A DNA stretch of 46,660 nt from Escherichia phage aalborv, in the sequence record NC_049829.1. One strand, written 5' to 3'. Below are positions 43,707 to 46,660 of the stretch, one piece after another. The notes under the pieces are model-generated. The model saw only the letters and a program-made list of their open reading frames with translations. It had not been told where the DNA came from and made no database searches. The translations under genes and the position numbers were made by a program. Every line of letters begins with the position of its first letter. Position 1 is the stretch's first letter.

Positions 43707-43928
43707 ATGGCTATCAAAGTAACAAAAAAAGAAACAAAAATCATCAATGTAACTTTTGATGTTTTCAACGACAAAGGAACTGCGACAAGAGAAGATGGTA
43801 GCACGTTTGAAATAAATCGTTACGAATACAATGAAATGTTATGGGATATAAAGAAGAAAGGTGCTTACATTCTTGTCGAGAATGATTATAGCGGAAACAG
43901 CTTTCAAGATTTGATGGATTCACTATAA
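43707..43928 (+). CDS. hypothetical early protein (73 aa)
   Basis: Start ATG 43707 with GAGGATTTTAAAA leader; terminator 43934..43960 follows. Confidence 0.5.
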   Translation: MAIKVTKKETKIINVTFDVFNDKGTATREDGSTFEINRYEYNEMLWDIKKKGAYILVENDYSGNSFQDLMDSL

Positions 43929-43933
43929 AACAA

Positions 43934-43960
43934 AGGAGGCGTTAAGCCTCCTTTTTGTTG
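43934..43960. terminator. bidirectional terminator between rightward early array and lysis cassette
   Basis: Stem AGGAGGC..GCCTCCT followed by TTTTTGTTG; spanin stop codon lies in the loop. Confidence 0.6.
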
Positions 43961-44340
43961 CCTTTGCGGTAGGAAAAGTAAAGCATTGACAAAAGACCAC
44001 TAAAAATTGCCGCGCAATAGATTATAGGATCGTACCAATTCCTTTGTCCACCTTGCACGACCTGGATTTTATCAGCCTTGATGGTGTTAGCCTGAATGGT
44101 TGACGTAGTAAAATCCTTCTTGCTGGAAGTGTCCACCTTATCAACCGCAGATTCCTTTATTGTAGTTTCCTGTTTTGTGCTGGTGTCCTGCTTTGCGGTA
44201 ACGCCAACGGTCTGCTTTACGTTCTCCGCTCCTGCCTGTGCTGTGATTTCCGGCTTACTACCGATTAATCCGGTCAGTGGCATAACGCTTGAACATCCAG
44301 ACAAAATAACAGCGATCACGATTATTGATAACTTTCTCAT
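43942..44340 (-). CDS. unimolecular spanin-like lipoprotein (outer-membrane lipoprotein with C-terminal TM anchor)
   Basis: Lipobox LSGCSS after signal peptide; C-terminal TM helix IIYCAAIFSGLLSMLYF; last gene of lysis cassette. Confidence 0.6.
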   Translation of the reverse strand: MRKLSIIVIAVILSGCSSVMPLTGLIGSKPEITAQAGAENVKQTVGVTAKQDTSTKQETTIKESAVDKVDTSSKKDFTTSTIQANTIKADKIQVVQGGQRNWYDPIIYCAAIFSGLLSMLYFSYRKGNKKEA

Positions 44341-44342
44341 AA

Positions 44343-44831
44343 TTACAGATCCTTAATGCAATATTTAAATTCCACAGCGCGGCGGTTTCGCAGTCCTTTA
44401 GACGTTTCTTTCTTTCCTGTTTTTGGATTGGTGTATTTTGTCCATCGCCATAACTGCTCGCACGCTTCCATATAACGACCGTTATTAATCAGCTTAAGCA
44501 TGGTTGAATTTCTAAAAGCACCAGTGCCAGCATTGTATGTGAATGAATACATTGCCGCGCGCATTGTATCAGGAATATCAACATTAACACGCTTATCAAC
44601 TTCATCCTTTGCGATCTTGATATGCTTTGCCAGTAGCGCATCGCATTCTCTCTGCGTGTACGTCTTACCTGGTATTACGTCAGGTCCAGTTATTCCGGCG
44701 CAAACCGTCCATATTCCAGCAATATCTTTGTACGGCTTATATTTTACTCCTTCTATTTCCTCCAGCAACGGAGAAGTAAGAGCAAGAGCAACGCCAAAAG
44801 CCGCAGCGGTCACTCTTTGTTTTATGCTCAT
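44343..44831 (-). CDS. endolysin, GH24 lysozyme with N-terminal SAR-like signal-anchor
   Basis: E-x8-D-x5-T catalytic pattern ([22 protein letters not shown]); Gly/Ala-rich weakly hydrophobic N-terminus. Confidence 0.75.
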   Translation of the reverse strand: MSIKQRVTAAAFGVALALTSPLLEEIEGVKYKPYKDIAGIWTVCAGITGPDVIPGKTYTQRECDALLAKHIKIAKDEVDKRVNVDIPDTMRAAMYSFTYNAGTGAFRNSTMLKLINNGRYMEACEQLWRWTKYTNPKTGKKETSKGLRNRRAVEFKYCIKDL

Positions 44832-45046
44832 TATTTACCCCTGATTTCAATAGCTTTCTTAATATCTCCGCATTCAAGCGCGTCACGTAGCGCCTTACTA
44901 TCACGCCAGCGAAGATAAGCCCCCCACATACCAAATGCAGCCATCAAAACGAAGCTGGCTATTGCAATGGTTGTTTGACCAGTTACCGCGCCAGTGATTG
45001 ACGCGCCGCCAGTGCCGGAAGTTGCAACGTTTAAAAAATCTTTCAT
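44831..45046 (-). CDS. holin / pinholin candidate
   Basis: 71 aa with TM helix [20 protein letters not shown] and charged C-terminus; overlaps endolysin start. Confidence 0.6.
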   Translation of the reverse strand: MKDFLNVATSGTGGASITGAVTGQTTIAIASFVLMAAFGMWGAYLRWRDSKALRDALECGDIKKAIEIRGK

Positions 45047-45118
45047 GATTAGATCTCCTGTAAATAAAAGTCAACAATTAATTGATTGTATCCTAACCAT
45101 TGAACGCATAAAAAGGAA

Positions 45119-45144
45119 TAAAAAAAAGGCAAAGCAAAATGCCT
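45119..45144 (-). terminator. intrinsic terminator upstream of lysis cassette
   Basis: Stem AGGCA..TGCCT followed by 8 T on minus strand. Confidence 0.5.
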
Positions 45145-45192
45145 CGCCCAATTAAATTTATGATTTATATTGGTATTTTAATAATTAAAAGT

Positions 45193-46311
45193 TCAATCAG
45201 CCATTTCTGGATAATGCATAAATCGCCCTACTTCTCCGTATTCTTTATCGTAAACAATAACAGCCGCACGGCGACGGGAACGCCATCCACCGCGCGCCGC
45301 ATATGCATCTTTTGCCGCCATAGTGCTATGCACTTCAACAATGCCCAGGCTTGTTTCAGTTACTGTCTGATTATGCCAGTGCCCTACGTGAGCATACATC
45401 ATTTTTGAATTTCCGAAGTCTTCGCGCCAGTCTGCCGCGCACATCATGAGCAATGTTTCAGGCTTGCGGATAGTGTGCCCATGATGGTATGCCAGGAATG
45501 TTTTGCCATATTGTGTGTGATGAACTACTCGCGGAGACACATCAACATGCACTCGCGGCTCATTCTCATATGCTGCCGCCATTGCTGCGCGCAACCAGAT
45601 CATGCCGCTTTGGTCGTGGTTGCCTTCAATTATCTGAATCTCGACGTTTTTGTGTTTTGATAACAGCTTTGCTATTGCTCGACGCACTGACCGGATGGCA
45701 ACGTAAACCAGTTTTGCATATCGACTATCTTGATCCAATACGTGACCGCTTGCAGGTGTTACCGCCTCCAGTCCGTCGCTGTGAAGCATATCACCACCAA
45801 TCAGCAAGACAGCTTTTTCACTATCCGGCGCGCACTGGATGGAATAATCAATGAAATTATTCATTACGCGCTCTGCTGTTGCTGTATCCCAATTCTCTCC
45901 GCATTCATGCTTATGCGCCATTGCGCCCAAGTGCATATCAAAGATCGGATACAGTGATAACGTCTCGCTATAATCCTTTTGTGATTCTGGTTGCGGATCA
46001 AGTCGCGGAACTTCTTCGCTAAATGCATCCATAGCGGCCTGCATTAATGCTTCTAACTGTTCGCGGTCCTTGCTTGTCTTAATCCATGTCATAACCACAT
46101 TGCCATCTTGATCAATTAGCTTTGATTCTCCAGTAACACCAAAACCAGGTGATCCGATGGTTGTAACTTTACCTTGCTTTGCTAATCGTGCCGCGCGGCG
46201 CTCAATGCTGCGAACGTTCATGCCATACTCATTAGCGATCTGCTTATATGTCTTTCCCTGCTTGCGCTCATTGATAAATTGTTCATCTGTGATTTTGATT
46301 TGCTTCATCAA
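45193..46311 (-). CDS. HTH domain fused to calcineurin-like metallophosphoesterase
   Basis: N-terminal HTH-like TYKQIANEYGMNVRSIERR; MPP motifs D-x-H (FDMHLG), GDxxD (GGDMLHSD), GNHD (EGNHDQ), GH-x-H (GHWHN). Confidence 0.6.
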   Translation of the reverse strand: MMKQIKITDEQFINERKQGKTYKQIANEYGMNVRSIERRAARLAKQGKVTTIGSPGFGVTGESKLIDQDGNVVMTWIKTSKDREQLEALMQAAMDAFSEEVPRLDPQPESQKDYSETLSLYPIFDMHLGAMAHKHECGENWDTATAERVMNNFIDYSIQCAPDSEKAVLLIGGDMLHSDGLEAVTPASGHVLDQDSRYAKLVYVAIRSVRRAIAKLLSKHKNVEIQIIEGNHDQSGMIWLRAAMAAAYENEPRVHVDVSPRVVHHTQYGKTFLAYHHGHTIRKPETLLMMCAADWREDFGNSKMMYAHVGHWHNQTVTETSLGIVEVHSTMAAKDAYAARGGWRSRRRAAVIVYDKEYGEVGRFMHYPEMAD

Positions 46312-46406
46312 AAATTCTCCTTATTTCATTATGACAACGTATACAATAGAGAACGCCATCATAACAGGTAAGGGCAAAAGTAACAAACGCCACATGATAA
46401 TAATCC

Positions 46407-46649
46407 TCATTTGTAGTATTTGCGCGGCTCGCGAATTTTCGCCATAGCCTCTTTGAAATCAATCTTTGTTGGTATTGCTGGTACGCGATGCATCTTGCGC
46501 GGTCGTTCATTGAGAAATGTCATTTTGTCGCCGCTGATAATGCTTATGTCAGCAATATCAAAATATTTCGCTATCCTGGATATGTCTTCTGCGATCCCGC
46601 ATTCCTTTGCGTGATCCCATACAGCCTGCCTACCTTGTTCAACCTTCAT
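46407..46649 (-). CDS. hypothetical protein (80 aa)
   Basis: ORF track; start 11 nt from window end, so upstream signals not visible. Confidence 0.4.
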   Translation of the reverse strand: MKVEQGRQAVWDHAKECGIAEDISRIAKYFDIADISIISGDKMTFLNERPRKMHRVPAIPTKIDFKEAMAKIREPRKYYK

Positions 46650-46660
46650 GCTTATAATAT

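Noticed and set aside
1-46660. Temperate lifestyle (integrase, CI-like repressor, attP) or tRNA genes
   Set aside because: No tyrosine or serine recombinase-sized ORF, no recognisable repressor/anti-repressor pair, and no tRNA-like cloverleaf segment was seen; gene content is consistent with a virulent phage.

Overview
The window looks like an almost complete genome of a virulent, T1-like siphovirus (Drexlerviridae-type gene content); this is an inference from motifs and gene order only, since no database search was possible. About 29.5 kb (475..30206) is one long minus-strand block: Dam-like methylase, VRR-NUC nuclease, SF2 helicase, SSB, ERF-family annealing protein, exonuclease, lambda-like tail tip genes (J, I, K, L, M), tape measure, G/GT chaperone with a -1 frameshift, major tail, head-tail joining genes, capsid, portal and terminase; the only plus-strand genes inside it are an HTH protein, a primase and a coiled-coil protein (3792..5979) and a Cor-like lipoprotein (9491..9718). 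Beyond it lie a minus-strand cluster of small genes with a P-loop kinase and HAD phosphatase (30286..36842), a plus-strand array of small early genes (37576..43928), and a minus-strand lysis cassette (u-spanin, SAR-type GH24 endolysin, holin) next to an HTH-metallophosphatase. No tRNA, CRISPR array, integrase or repressor was recognised. The most striking feature is a pervasive 20-bp motif, AATAGCACTTTTTGTTAAAA, present in about 19 intergenic copies. It usually starts at the stop codon of the upstream gene and sits a fixed 21-22 bp upstream of a TAtAaT-like -10 hexamer, with a variable GC-rich inverted repeat in the spacer and no canonical -35. Two copies are antisense inside the late structural operon. 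Other notable features are two homologous AT-rich control regions, a 46-bp exact inverted duplication of a promoter module, repeated promoter/5'UTR cassettes driving the small early genes, and two ORFs interrupted by in-frame stops. Functional calls rest on recalled sequence motifs and synteny; novelty of the motif system cannot be judged without a search.
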